This document shows, one piece after another, positions 1 through 11,635 of a DNA stretch of 64,000 bases. The notes below the pieces were generated by a model, which did no database searches, was not told where the DNA came from, and worked only from the letters and a program-made list of their open reading frames with translations. This stretch comes from Antedon mediterranea (lineage: Eukaryota; Animalia; Echinodermata). Every line of letters starts with the position of its first letter. Within the stretch, counting starts at the first letter, position 1. The stretch lies in contig NC_092677.1 in assembly GCF_964355755.1 (NCBI RefSeq), positions 22,431,175 through 22,495,174 of the forward strand, in the 5' to 3' direction. The translations under genes and the position numbers were made by a program.

Positions 1-1224
1 TAGTCCTGCAGTTGATGAACTAGCTGAGTCTTTATATCCACCAATGAAATATGAGAATGTTACTATCAGGGTATGGAAGCATTTCTAGTTTGTATAATAA
101 ATTATAAAATACATCATATTACCAAAGAATATATTTATATGAGAAAAATGAGCAATCCACGATATTTGCATTATAAATTTGCAACACTTTTAACAGATGA
201 ATGAGCGGATGTAGGCTAAAGAAGACTTTATTAGAAAGACTTTATAAAATGTCACATAACAACAATAATACTAATTTCATTACAGGCTTTCTATCAGCCA
301 TCACTCCAAACCTATACTCCCCCCCCCCCCTTTGTTGCAATTTTCAAATGTAGTTACAAATATTTCCAATAAAGTTTTAGTCATTTTGATAGGCCAGACC
401 CCACCCCAAACTCCCAACCAACCAAAGATAATTCAACTTTATATCCCATATGTTTCAGAAACTGAAATTTGTATGAACCAATGTCGAAAGTGGGGAAGAG
501 TGGATATTTTGATACCATTGAATCCAAAAAGGTGGATAATGTTCAAATATAGTTTAGAACCTTTCCGGTACAATTGACCCATATATATACTATGCGTGCA
601 GTAACAAATATTTGTATAACAAACAAACGAACATACAAACTCTCTCACTTAAGTTATAATATAGATTTGTCATGACCTCCTTATTATGTCATGTTGCAGC
701 CTTAACACCCATGGAGTAATGGATCTGTCTAGTGCCTTTTTTAGTAGCATTAAACTCTTGCACGTTTTTTACAATTTTTAGCATGGCATACTAGGTCTGA
801 AGAAGTGTTGTAATAGCAGATAAATGGACTTTGGTGGCAACTAATTATTTAATAGATTGCAAAACATCAAACTCACTATATAGTAATGCATATAATATTT
901 TGTGGATATAATAATAATGGGGTCTGTGATCAGAATTGCAAGTTAACCTTCTCGTACCATGGAACTGTGGTATCATTACCTTGTATATCCTACACTATTT
1001 CGACATTAGGTTTTATTCATGACTAGTCTCGAATGTTAATTTATATGTGAATTACAGTTTTTTTATACTGACTTGCTTCTTCAAGCAAGGCCGCGCCTTT
1101 AATTTTCCATCTAATACCTACGAACAGCTCATTATGTGGATTGCTCCCAGAATGAATACTTGATTACAGAGGTGTAGGCTTGTTGTTGACTCCTCGCTCC
1201 CCCAGTCTACGCCCCTGTATTCAC

Positions 1225-1720
1225 TTGTTTCATTTCATTTCATATCTTTCTTTGTTCTGGAAAACTCATTCAATACATAAGCACAGTACTGGTCTCTCAT
1301 GAGGTCCAGATTTGTGACTTAACTTCAAAATTAAAGCAAAATATATACATATGTAAACAAAAACTTACTTTAAATACTTTTAAATTCATTAATTGGTAAT
1401 TTTGTCCATGTTGGAGTAACTACTGTAGGGTATTTGATTGACTACATGTGTTTTTATGATGAGTGGTGTGCATAAATTGAAACTTGGTTGATAGATATGA
1501 AGGAGCAATATCTTTTAAACGTTTAAAAACTAGCATCAACAATTGTGTCTTCCATTTAAGTGATAACATTAATTTCAGATCAATTGGTTCTAGAAAAGTT
1601 AAAAAGCAGGAATTAAAATCAAATCTAACAGGAAGCGAATCTTTGATGTGTTTAAACCCAATTTTAAGATTTTACCCAAAAATTGTCTTTTTTTTCATAA
1701 CCACAAACTATAATCTTTGA
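1225..1720 (-). mobile_element. 3' fragment of a CR1/L2-type LINE, decayed
   Basis: Minus strand reads MLVFKRLKDIAPSYLSTKFQFMHTTHH, typical of the LINE ORF2 C-terminus, followed by a short 3' UTR ending in a (TGAAA)n-like tail near 1225-1240. Confidence 0.55.
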
Positions 1721-3087
1721 TGTTACTCAATTTAAACTTGCACTCAATAAATTGTTTGATTGCTGATTCATAGGTCCTGCCCATGCCCTTCTACCATTTT
1801 GAAATCAGTAAACTGCAATGTAGATATTTAGAAGCAGCCTATTCGACTCAATGTCACCTGTTATTTTCTCCAGATAGTTCAGGTTCACTGCCAATAACGT
1901 AAAAATGCTGCTTAATGGAAATTAACTTAAAGAAAAAGAGTAAAATGTGTGCTAGAAGTATGGTATGCGTTACATGGCTTTTTGTTTTTTTCAGACTGAT
2001 CACTTAGCTGGGATTTCTAGAAATCTGCTAGATAGGACAAAATCAAGCCATATATGCACAGAAGGTGATATGTCATGGATTGAATTCTTGTACAAGGCAA
2101 TTGACCATAATTTGGAAAAGATCAGTGGGTGCATTATTTGAGGCAGGTACTCATACTTAATTATTACTATAGATATTTTAAATCCTTTCAAAACATGATC
2201 GCACGAGGTCCATAATAGGTGGGGGAATAATTTTTGTTGCATCATCAAAATCCGGCTAATTTAGTATTGAATTGAAGCTGTTTTTTTCTGTTTGATAAAC
2301 CACATTGTTAGATTTGACTTTGCGTGGATGTCGTGCGAAGATGCCAAGAAGACCACTGAAAAAAATAATCCTTACCCAAATTATCAGTGTTGACCATTTT
2401 CCTTACAGAGGGAATTTATTTCTGTGCTTATTACTAAATTACTGTCGTCCAGGCAATGTGCATGGCATGCATCTATTAGCGCGTTAATTAATGATTGGAT
2501 ACCCCCGCAGTGGACTATTCTATTTTCGGAACTAGTCTTCCTCGCACACGAGGCATGTTTGAAAATGTCGCTTCTCATGGAATATTTGCTTTGAAACGTC
2601 AATTTAACCGATTTATTAAATGATTTGATAAGTGGAGTATTTATCAAGCTGCTATACAAAGCAAGTATTTTAGGAAAAAAATGTACCAAATAAATTTAAG
2701 AAGCTTTAAATTTGATATGCGGCCGCCGTAACCTATTCTCAAATCGCGAAAATAAAAGGTCGTGATATAGTTAAAAATGTAAAGTAACAAAAATTTAGGG
2801 CCGCGAAAATGTTGAGCTTTACAGTACAGTCTACAGTAAATAATCGTACTAATACATATTACATTGCAAAAAAAAAGAGTAAATTCGCATTTGGGCTTTT
2901 TTAGAACTTTTGAAAAAACATGCGCAAAATGGAAGGGAATGGGGGAAATACCTAAAAAAAAATATTTAAAGACCCCCAAAAGAAAATAGTCTTGTAAAAC
3001 CCTGTGGTATCTATGGACAAAAATAAGAACTTTAAAATGGATATGAAATGGATTTAGAATTTACTTTAGGGTCATCTGTCACATTTG

Positions 3088-3935
3088 TTAAACTACATGG
3101 CTACTATCAAGATTATTCAAAACCTTTTTTATTTTATTCCATATTTTCGGACCCTGTCCTCTGATAGAAGACCTAGCGAGGTCAGTAACAAAAAAGTGAG
3201 GTCTATACCAATTAGATGATCTAGTTTCATATGAATGAAAACAATGTGATTTAATAAAATAATTAGAAAAGATGTCAGGAAGTAAGTTATTGTGGAATTT
3301 ATACATGAAAATTGCAATTTGAAGCTTGTGGATATCAAAAACTGTAAGACTGTTTAATTTATGGAATAAAGGAAATGAAGGAGCACGGTAATGCGAGTTT
3401 GTACAAAGACGCATAATTTTTTTCTGTTTGATGTGAACTGAATGCAGGTGGCAGTTATTAGAATCAGCCCATATAATATTGGAAAATTGAATATGTGGTA
3501 AAACAAGATTTTGATAAAGTATAAATAGGGTTTCAGTTGTTAGTGTCAATTTTAGTCGGAAAAGGATACCGGTATATTTTGAATCAAGATTGGTGACATA
3601 CATGTTATGTTGTTTCCATGTTAATGTGTCATCTATTAATATACCTAAAAATTTTGTTGTTGAAACTTTGGAAATAGGAATATTATCAATATATATATTA
3701 TCAACATTAAGTGCGGTTACAATGTTTATTTTTAAATAGCATGTATGTGGTTTTATCCAAGTTGAGAGACAGAATATTAGCTTTTAGCCAGGTTGATACC
3801 TTTGTCATTTCAAAATTTACTGTGCGAATGAGATGTGTAATGTTACAGTGTGATGCTAATAAATGTGTATCATCAGCGTAAATGATAAATGAAAAGAAGT
3901 TGCCTGATGTTGAAGTTGTCTGATGATGATAATTT
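3088..3935 (-). pseudogene. LINE (CR1/L2/Jockey group) reverse transcriptase, C-terminal half, frameshifted
   Basis: ORFs 3707-3964 and 3088-3603 contain IIYADDT, WLKANILSLNLDKT, LYQNLVLPHIQF and GPKIWN motifs; the intervening KFLGILID motif is present in the minus-strand DNA. Confidence 0.85.
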
Positions 3936-3939
3936 ATAT

Positions 3940-4225
3940 GCTCGTTTAAGCATGGTATAGACAATATTTTTTTATGTTAACATCAACATGGCTATGATAG
4001 TGCAAGAGAAGTCCTTTGTCAGTAGGTTTTCTGTACACCTTGGTTTCTAATGCATTGTCAAGTGTTTAGATGGTAAAATTAATACTATAAATAATAGAGT
4101 TATTATGTGCAACTTTCATAGTAAAATCAATTGCAGTGTGTGCATTATTTATCGTGTCCAGAAACTTTTATGCCTCATCCTGGCTGGGCATAAACACAAT
4201 TTGTGTCGTCAACATATTCTTGTTA
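3940..4225 (-). pseudogene. Penelope-like retroelement RT fragment
   Basis: Minus strand translates to EYVDDT...IDFTM...LETKVYRKPTDKGLLLHYHSHVD, the YVDD motif plus the characteristic PLE thumb motif. It abuts the LINE fragment. Confidence 0.75.
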
Positions 4226-4469
4226 GAATTCTGTAAGGTCTTTTCAAACATTTATTAATCGACAAGCCATACACCTAGGTGAAGTCTATTCTTCAAATTT
4301 TCATTTGCCCTTCAAATTTCTTGGACATTTGCATAAATAGTCTGGTCAAATACACAGACAATATTTCGTAACATTAACCTATTCACCATATTGGTGTTCT
4401 CGTATATCGCAGTATTAATTATCGTCAAATCTGTTGCACTGGTAAGTAGTGAATTGCTGTGTTTATGGG

Positions 4470-4630
4470 CCGTTGCTATAGCCAGCTATGTCCCATGAGG
4501 ACATATTCATTAATAAGCTGTTTCATAGCTGCAGCTTTAGTATCTAAGGCCGACAGTTTTGCGAATTTGCAAACTCGATATAATTTATAGGTCCTAGCTG
4601 CTGGACCCAAAAAAACGTCTGGGAAAAAAG
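4470..4630. repeat. Dispersed repeat with an inverted homolog at ~42930-43080
   Basis: gctggacccaaaaaaacgtctgggaaaa here matches ttttcccagacgttttttgggtccagc at ~42933; similarity extends about 150 bp. Confidence 0.6.
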
Positions 4631-5689
4631 ATTCTATGAGGGCTCACGGTTGAATGATTTTTAGATTCTTGCCCTTTGATTGGTTGACGCGTCTCAACAG
4701 ATTGTGGAAGAATTTTCACTTGTACCACTGTAAAGTCACTTTGTCTCTAGAGGGTATTCAGTTGCATGCCTACAGGTCAGGTTGAGAATGAGGTCACAGA
4801 CAAACAGGCTACAGCACATTAAAGTTCAAAATTGACCATTTTTAAATGCCATTTTTGAATTAGTAGATTAATATTTGTTGGCAAATAATACATTGTTGGA
4901 AAGGTACACATGTCTTCTTTCAAATGCTGTGTATACAATTAATTAGTGAGAAAATGGGCATGTGATTCATAATTAAAGAACTATCTGTGCTTTGTATGTA
5001 TCTTTGCGATTAAAGGACATCTTTTTTATAATTAATCATAATTAATCAAAAACAACAATGATTAATTTTAAAATGTCGTGGCGTTTTTTGTAAGAAATAT
5101 TTCTTGTTTAATTTGTACATGATTCCAATTGTTTGTATTTACCATATCCCAGATCAACTAAAAATTATTTAGAAATAAACATTACTTTTATTTATGTTTC
5201 TTTATATTTATTATTTTTTCTGTGGATTTTGAACACAGACATGGTCTTTTTTCATGTGTCATCTTTAGTTGTTTAAATGCTTCTTTTTTTCAACAAAGAT
5301 AGTAGAAAATATGAATTTTCATTTTTTTTAATACAACCAACCTCTGGCGTAATGTTTCATGTGAATATGAGAAAAGTATAAGCAAGCACAGTCAAAAGGT
5401 AAAGCTACCACTAGACAATAGACGGGCAGGGATTCAACTTTAAAGAAATTTTCCTACCATATTATACTGTAGTTGGCAAGCAAAATAAAAAGAATGGTAT
5501 CGAATCAAGTTGATCACAAAACTTTGACAGGGTGCATATGTAGTAATCTTACAGGACTGTGGGAAAGACTGCAAGAAACTATCAACATTCAGTCAGTAGA
5601 GGAACCTAGAAAGTCTGTAGATATATTACCATTATTATTTGGTTATTTATTTTCAGCTTTCTCATGGGATTCAACAGTGCAACAAAAAG

Positions 5690-5960
5690 ACCAGCTATAG
5701 TATTTTAATGTACACACTCTTGTATTGCTTATGGCTCGGTGGACTCCACTTTGCAAGGACTTTTCATGATGTCAGAGCAGCCAATTAAGGCACTCTCTTA
5801 TCTTTCCACGACTGTGTGTTAACTAGTTCATTGGGGTAAACCACCTACTCAAAAGTTTTGTCTATACTAGACCTACGGTTTATAGTCGGAAGACTTGTTC
5901 TACCACTAGAACCATTCAGTGAGTGAGCCTTGAACCCTTGCCAATGTTACGGTTACAGTA
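5690..5960 (-). mobile_element. Partial, diverged copy of the SINE at 20815-21221
   Basis: Shares gacctacggtttatagtc...ttctaccac.agaaccat...gtgagtgagccttgaaccc.tgcc.atgtta with 20990-21085. Confidence 0.7.
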
Positions 5961-6321
5961 ACAGTCAACCTGGTCTATATCGCAATTCCTGTGAAGTTTA
6001 CATAGTACGTGGAGGCCATCTACAAACAAGGCTCAAGAAGAGGAAAACCTGAAAAGTTATCAAAAATGATTCACTTTCACAACACAAAGTTTGTTAGGAA
6101 GATGCGGATGATTGCCATCGTGGTATTCCAAGTATCATCAATGCTAATTTCATAAAACAACACATAACAGGTTATCAAGACTGTCTTTTCACCAGTGATA
6201 TTTATTTGTACATTATGTTTAATTGGGCAGCATGCCACTCGCTCCTCATTACTTCCTGCCCTTTGTGGTCACTGACTTTGACACTTGGCAGCAATTACAG
6301 GGCCAATATATATATATATAA

Positions 6322-6497
6322 ATCCAAAGGCAAATTACTGAAAAAAAAATGACAATGCTGTGGGTACCAGTGGCTGATACAAAAAATCTCAATGTAGATA
6401 CAAAAAAAAGAAGCGAAAAGCTAAATCAAAACGATAAAGTAAACAGCCAGAAAAGTTAGCAGAGCTTTCGGGCAACACTAGCCCTTCATCAGTGCAA
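6322..6497 (-). mobile_element. Solo Penelope-type terminal repeat (pLTR-like) carrying a hammerhead, embedded in (TA)n
   Basis: About 175 bp homologous to 44802-44959, flanked by (TA)n on both sides, and containing a hammerhead motif. Confidence 0.7.
6459..6495 (-). ncRNA. Minimal type I hammerhead ribozyme, canonical core
   Basis: Minus strand reads GCA-CUGAUGA-A-GGGC-UAGUGUU-GCCC-GAAA-GC-UC-UGC: intact core, stem I GCA/UGC, stem II GGGC/GCCC, palindromic stem III AGCU. Confidence 0.8.
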
Positions 6498-8136
6498 TAT
6501 ATATATATATATATTACAAAAATATTTGTTTTGGTTAAATATGCTTTTTGTACGGCAGAATCACATATGTATTTTCTAGTGATCACCTACTGTGCTTGCT
6601 TTACGTCAACATTTCGTCAACTACTCTACAAGAATGTTGTAGTAACAATGAAAATACATCCTCTCATTCTTTTTAGGAATCACATGATATACTGCAAACA
6701 TCACTCTTGTTCAAAGTCAAAGCAGCTCACCGCCTTTAATGTTAGTACATATTATTTAAATTTCTTTATTTTGTCCAACCAACAACAAGAAACAAAAACT
6801 TGTGGATTTATAGTTTTTTATGGGATTCCTTCATTAAAATGCCTCATATATGTCTGCTATTCAAAAAGCATCCTGCTAATCTGTATCTTCATTGATATCA
6901 ACTATATCTTTCTTCACCATTTTCTACAACTCTTATCAAGTTGTTGATAGTGATGAGAGTTTGGGTTTGCTGACTGTCATTATGTTGATTTATTTTTGTT
7001 GTTGTTTCTTTTTAATTTGCTTCAGTATGCCTGTTATCTTAGTTGGTTTTAACAGTTTGTAGGAAAATTTCTACAAAACCTCCTGAACATTGTCTTTGAG
7101 CTAGAGTAGGTTATGTTGGAACATTATAAATATTGAGTAGATTAATATAAAGGTCTGATTGTTCTATTTTTTTTTTCTTGAATTGTTTCTGAAGGTTGTT
7201 GTATTCAAATACAAGGTTATGTTTTGAAGGATTTCCATGATGAACCAATTTTAATACGGGTCTCCAATTAATCCATCACTTTTAAGGAGCGCCTGTGTGA
7301 TCACTCTCCTTAATGATCTCTAACGAGAGCAACTTATCATGATTGCAAGTCATTAAAAAGAGGAATTTACTTCCATTTCCTCACAGTGTATCCAATGCGG
7401 TGTCAGAGAAATGCCTCCTCAAGAGCAAAACATAAAGTACCAATTGTTTCTGTTATTGAACAAAGCAATTTTTATTTATGGAAAATAGTTAATAAAACAA
7501 ATACATAAATAAAATACATGTTTCACTTCTGTCTTTGTTTTATAATGAATATTTCTCCTGAATATTTCAACCGATAACCTTTTCTTAATTACTTTTAAGG
7601 CGTAATAATAATATTAACATTAATTATTATTATTAATGCAAGTGACCCTCTACAGTGAATATGTAGCTACTTCTTTAAAATAGCATTCAATCTAATGCGA
7701 TTTTAGTCGAATCAATTTTGCAGGCATATGTGACCATTAAATAGCTGGATCCATATTGACCTTGACCTAGTGACCTAATTTGCTTGAATGCCCTCTACAG
7801 CGAATAAGTAGCCAGTTATTAGAAATAACATTATGTGATTTTGAGTGATTTTCAACTTTGGAATATCTATTTTAATTTATCAATTTGCGGCTTTGTAAAA
7901 TTACTGAATTCTTGTGTACTTGAACATGTAATTTGCTTATTTAGTCTGTCCTTTTGCTCTTTTTGGGAACTTGGCCTTGCTCGAGATTGTCTTTCTTAAA
8001 TACTTCTCCGCTTGTCCCCTTTTTCTTTACCATAGAAGTTTCTTCATTTAGTTGCTCTAATTCTTTTTTCCGTTGTAATCAGTTGGGCATCTCTCTTCTA
8101 CTTCTCTCATGTTCTTTATGTTTTTCATAACTCTTA

Positions 8137-8360
8137 GGCCGTGTTTCAGCAGCCAAAAATTAACCGATAAAAATCAACTGATAATTAACAGATAAAATTA
8201 TATCATTCAAATCAGATAATTATCAGATAAATGCGATTTTTTAATATTTTACCTGAAGGATAAATGTTCAATAATGTCTGATGTGTACTTCATTTTTACA
8301 ATTATTTTGTATGGTTAACAAATTAATCAATAATTTTGTTATAGCTGTGGAAACACAGCC
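8137..8360. mobile_element. PIF/Harbinger-type MITE
   Basis: Ends GGCCGTGTTTC...GAAACACAGCC are inverted, with TTA on both flanks. Confidence 0.65.
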
Positions 8361-8590
8361 TTATCCATTTTATTTGCTTTCATTGTTATTTATGTTCTAT
8401 AGATTCTTGTTACTTGCGAGATAAAGTCGTCTTCTACCATATGCACCAAAAGCATGGCCTTATAGACATAACTGAATTTGAGTTTGCAGCAATCATATAA
8501 TATATTGTTTGTCTTTGAAACAAAGGTACATGGAGGCGTATCAACCATTCCAATAATAAACCACTGGAACTTTTCTCCAAAAAGAGTGCT

Positions 8591-11500
8591 GGGCTATTCC
8601 ATGATAACTCGCATTACATTTAATGGGTAGTTGAATGAGTGTTTGTGTCATTATTTCCATACCAAATAACCTAGAGCATAATTGTTTACTGTAAGGGTAG
8701 AGTATAAGTGTATGACCTAAACCAGACAAGAACAAATCAAAAATAATAATTTGTTTAACTTTGAGACACATTTAATGAAATTCTCCTAATACTAGAAAGC
8801 TATGGTTAAAAAGTTATTGCTATATATGTGTACTGTTATGCAAGTAACAAAAGTACTTAGAAAAAATGTTATGAATATTTATCATTAAATTGTAAACACG
8901 ATACACCTTGGTAACTCGCGTTACATTATGTCCACGATATAGTATAACTGTCAATCCTTAATTAAACATGAGAATTGAAAATGTTTAAACATCAACATTA
9001 CAGTGCCAACACAATTAAATTAAAGCTTGAGAAGAAATATGGGTTTTGTTAAAAAAACCAACTGTATAGGAAAACAAACTTTAAATTTCATTTAACATTA
9101 AAACTATTTAATGTCCCTCACTCAAAACCTGGTTTCTAACTTAAAGTGACATCGATTATTTGCAACTTCAGGTTTGTCTAATTTATGAACCATGCTCTCA
9201 CTCTTATAGTAAATCATATCTCTTGGTGTTGGCCATTTCCAATTTTGACCAGCTGGTTCCATCACCGAGACTTGGAAGTCATTCTCTGCTCCCAATGCGA
9301 CTACTTCGCCTGGAAAGATGATACCATCGTAGTCTACTGCATACCAATCTCCAATATTTATCAGTAAAGCACTGTTTACTGATGACATACTCTTGGAGCT
9401 GGAAGGTTGGTTGTCTTTGGACAGAATATACGCTACAACTTCATTGTTGACATTCTTAATGAAGTGCATTCGTTTGATGCCTTCAATATGTTTGGAGTTG
9501 GTGAACACAGAGCTCAGGTTTAATAACTGGTTCCGCTTTTCTATGTCAGTTGGTGATATGTTTTTGACCACCACGTTGACCATATCTGATGCTGCTTCAA
9601 CAAAACTGTCCGAGTTTGTAACTATGGACTTGCGTGTGGATACCTTGTTCCATACGAAACGCTTAACAGAACCTCCAATACCATCCACTGGGCCTTTGCC
9701 ATGTGATGTACAGAAAAAATTCCATTGAATCATTATTTCATGCTTTGTCTGTAAGCCTGCAATAGACGCTGCTATAAAACGGTTTTTGAATTGTGAAGCA
9801 ATTGACAACAATTTAACTCCTTGGGGAAGGTAACCTAACAGAATATCCATATATGCTAACACAGTGTCCTTTGAATGGACAAGATTATCAGAGGCCAGTA
9901 CATATGAGTGGATTTTGCCAGAATGCCATAGAGCAGCGGTAAGCAGACTGACCTGTTTTTGATTCCAATGTGCCGTCTGTATTTCGTCTTGACTAATGCA
10001 TTGGTAGTTTTCAGAAAAATCTACTTGTAAGAGAGCTACCTCCTTGTCAAATGTTTCTGATAGTGCTTGGGACCTTTTCTCGTTGTAAGCAGCTGCTTGC
10101 TGTCGTTTTATGAAACAGTGTTCCATAAATTGAGGTAGAATTTTACACATGTAATCAAGAAGCTCTTCTGTTGTTCCCTCTTCAGTAGTTTTTATCAACC
10201 TCCCTTCATCATCCGTCTTCCAAATAAACCATGATGTATTTACCGATTCTTCTATATCATAAAAATTGCGCATTCTCTTTGCATTCATGCAGTTTGTGCA
10301 TTTATTTAGCCAGCAAGATCTAGTTGGATTTTCACAAAGGAGCTGATTTGGCAGGTCATGGGAGTAAGTAGGATAATTATCAGAAAATTCTATGGCAGCA
10401 TGACGTTTTTGGTGTATTCCTCATATTTACCACTCGTTTTTAAACATTCTCTGTATCGCTTTTGCTTTTTGGCACTTGTTAACAGCATTTTACTAAAAAT
10501 ATAAAAATTAAAGTATAAAAACATACAAAAATACAGGTATGCATGACATCAGAGTTTCATATCCTATCACTCTAAATATAGAAAAGCTATTATTAGGTGA
10601 TCACAGACCATTAGTAAAGTAAATGCCCATGAAGGAAAACCGGTCTACCTAATTTAAGGTTTCTACAGTACTACTAGTACTAGCTAGGCCTATATGGGCC
10701 TAGATAGTTTAACTATTATTTTAAATTAATCTAAACAATTGTATTTATTTTTCTGTACTGGTACTTACTACTTATTATTTTAATTATTAAAAATATCATA
10801 CTTACCAAATCTAAACAATTTACTAGATTTGATTATGTTGAGAAGAAGCTGATTGCAAATTGAGAAAAGTTCTCATGATACAATTCAAATTTTATTACAT
10901 CTGTAGCACGGCAACCATATAGTAAGCATTGCATAAATCGCCTAAATTATAAGTGCGTTAATGGGTGCTGCCCTCTACTAATATTTAATAAGGGACTCCC
11001 TGTAATTAAAGATGACTGTTGCTTACACAAATATTAACAATTAGGAGCATGTAAGCACATGTAAGCAATGTATAACAGGGTAACTCGCGTTACATGTTGG
11101 TAACTCGTGTTACATGGTAACTCGCGTTACCAACTTTGTCCGCTCTTTAAATGAAAATTTAAAGAGTTATATGAAAATTTGTATTATTGGTGGAACAAGC
11201 AAGTATTTAGATTAGAAAATCTCAAGTCTTTTTATATTAGCTCAAAAAACAAATTCAAAGAAAGAAAAACTTTGTGTTTTAGTAACTCGCGTTACATGAC
11301 ATAAATGCACACTTTTTTATCAATAAAAAAAATAATTTTGGATAAAACATGTCATTGTCATTTTCAAGAATTGACCAAACCATATTAGACAATACAAAAT
11401 CAATGGAAATGCTTTGAAAACTAAATTGTTTCTTTGAAAAATTATAAATGTGAAATGCACAAAAATATCTACTATTTTCACTTAAATAATAACATGTCGA

Positions 11501-11635
11501 TATTTTCTTCATATTCTAAAAAATATTAAAGAAATTGCAATAATTTTTTTTGTTTATAGAAGTATAACTTATATGGAATGCTTGTCTAAATATGAAATTT
11601 TCAGGACATGTCCACTATCTCATGGAAATGCGCCC
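8591..11635 (-). mobile_element. Sola2-like DNA transposon, internally deleted
   Basis: Imperfect TIRs GGGCTATTCCATGA / TCATGGAAATGCGCCC, a 4-bp TSD TGCT on both sides, 5'-GRG ends, and repeated subterminal GTAACTCGCGTTAC palindromes. Confidence 0.7.
9122..10288 (-). CDS. Sola2-like transposase, C-terminal 388 aa, probably non-functional
   Basis: Motifs VDFSENY, QTAHW, SQFKN and FFCTSHGKGPVDGIGGSVKR. The N-terminus is truncated and the usual SDG motif before SQFKN is absent. Confidence 0.7.
   Translation of the reverse strand: MNAKRMRNFYDIEESVNTSWFIWKTDDEGRLIKTTEEGTTEELLDYMCKILPQFMEHCFIKRQQAAAYNEKRSQALSETFDKEVALLQVDFSENYQCISQDEIQTAHWNQKQVSLLTAALWHSGKIHSYVLASDNLVHSKDTVLAYMDILLGYLPQGVKLLSIASQFKNRFIAASIAGLQTKHEIMIQWNFFCTSHGKGPVDGIGGSVKRFVWNKVSTRKSIVTNSDSFVEAASDMVNVVVKNISPTDIEKRNQLLNLSSVFTNSKHIEGIKRMHFIKNVNNEVVAYILSKDNQPSSSKSMSSVNSALLINIGDWYAVDYDGIIFPGEVVALGAENDFQVSVMEPAGQNWKWPTPRDMIYYKSESMVHKLDKPEVANNRCHFKLETRF

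Noticed and set aside
1-2250. Possible host-gene exons on the plus strand (acceptor-like sites near 285, 392, 699 and 1995)
   Set aside because: The candidate exons contain stops and no recognisable domain, so a gene model cannot be supported.
5400-5700. Possible KDZ/Zisupton transposase remnant
   Set aside because: The resemblance is vague and diagnostic motifs are not discernible.
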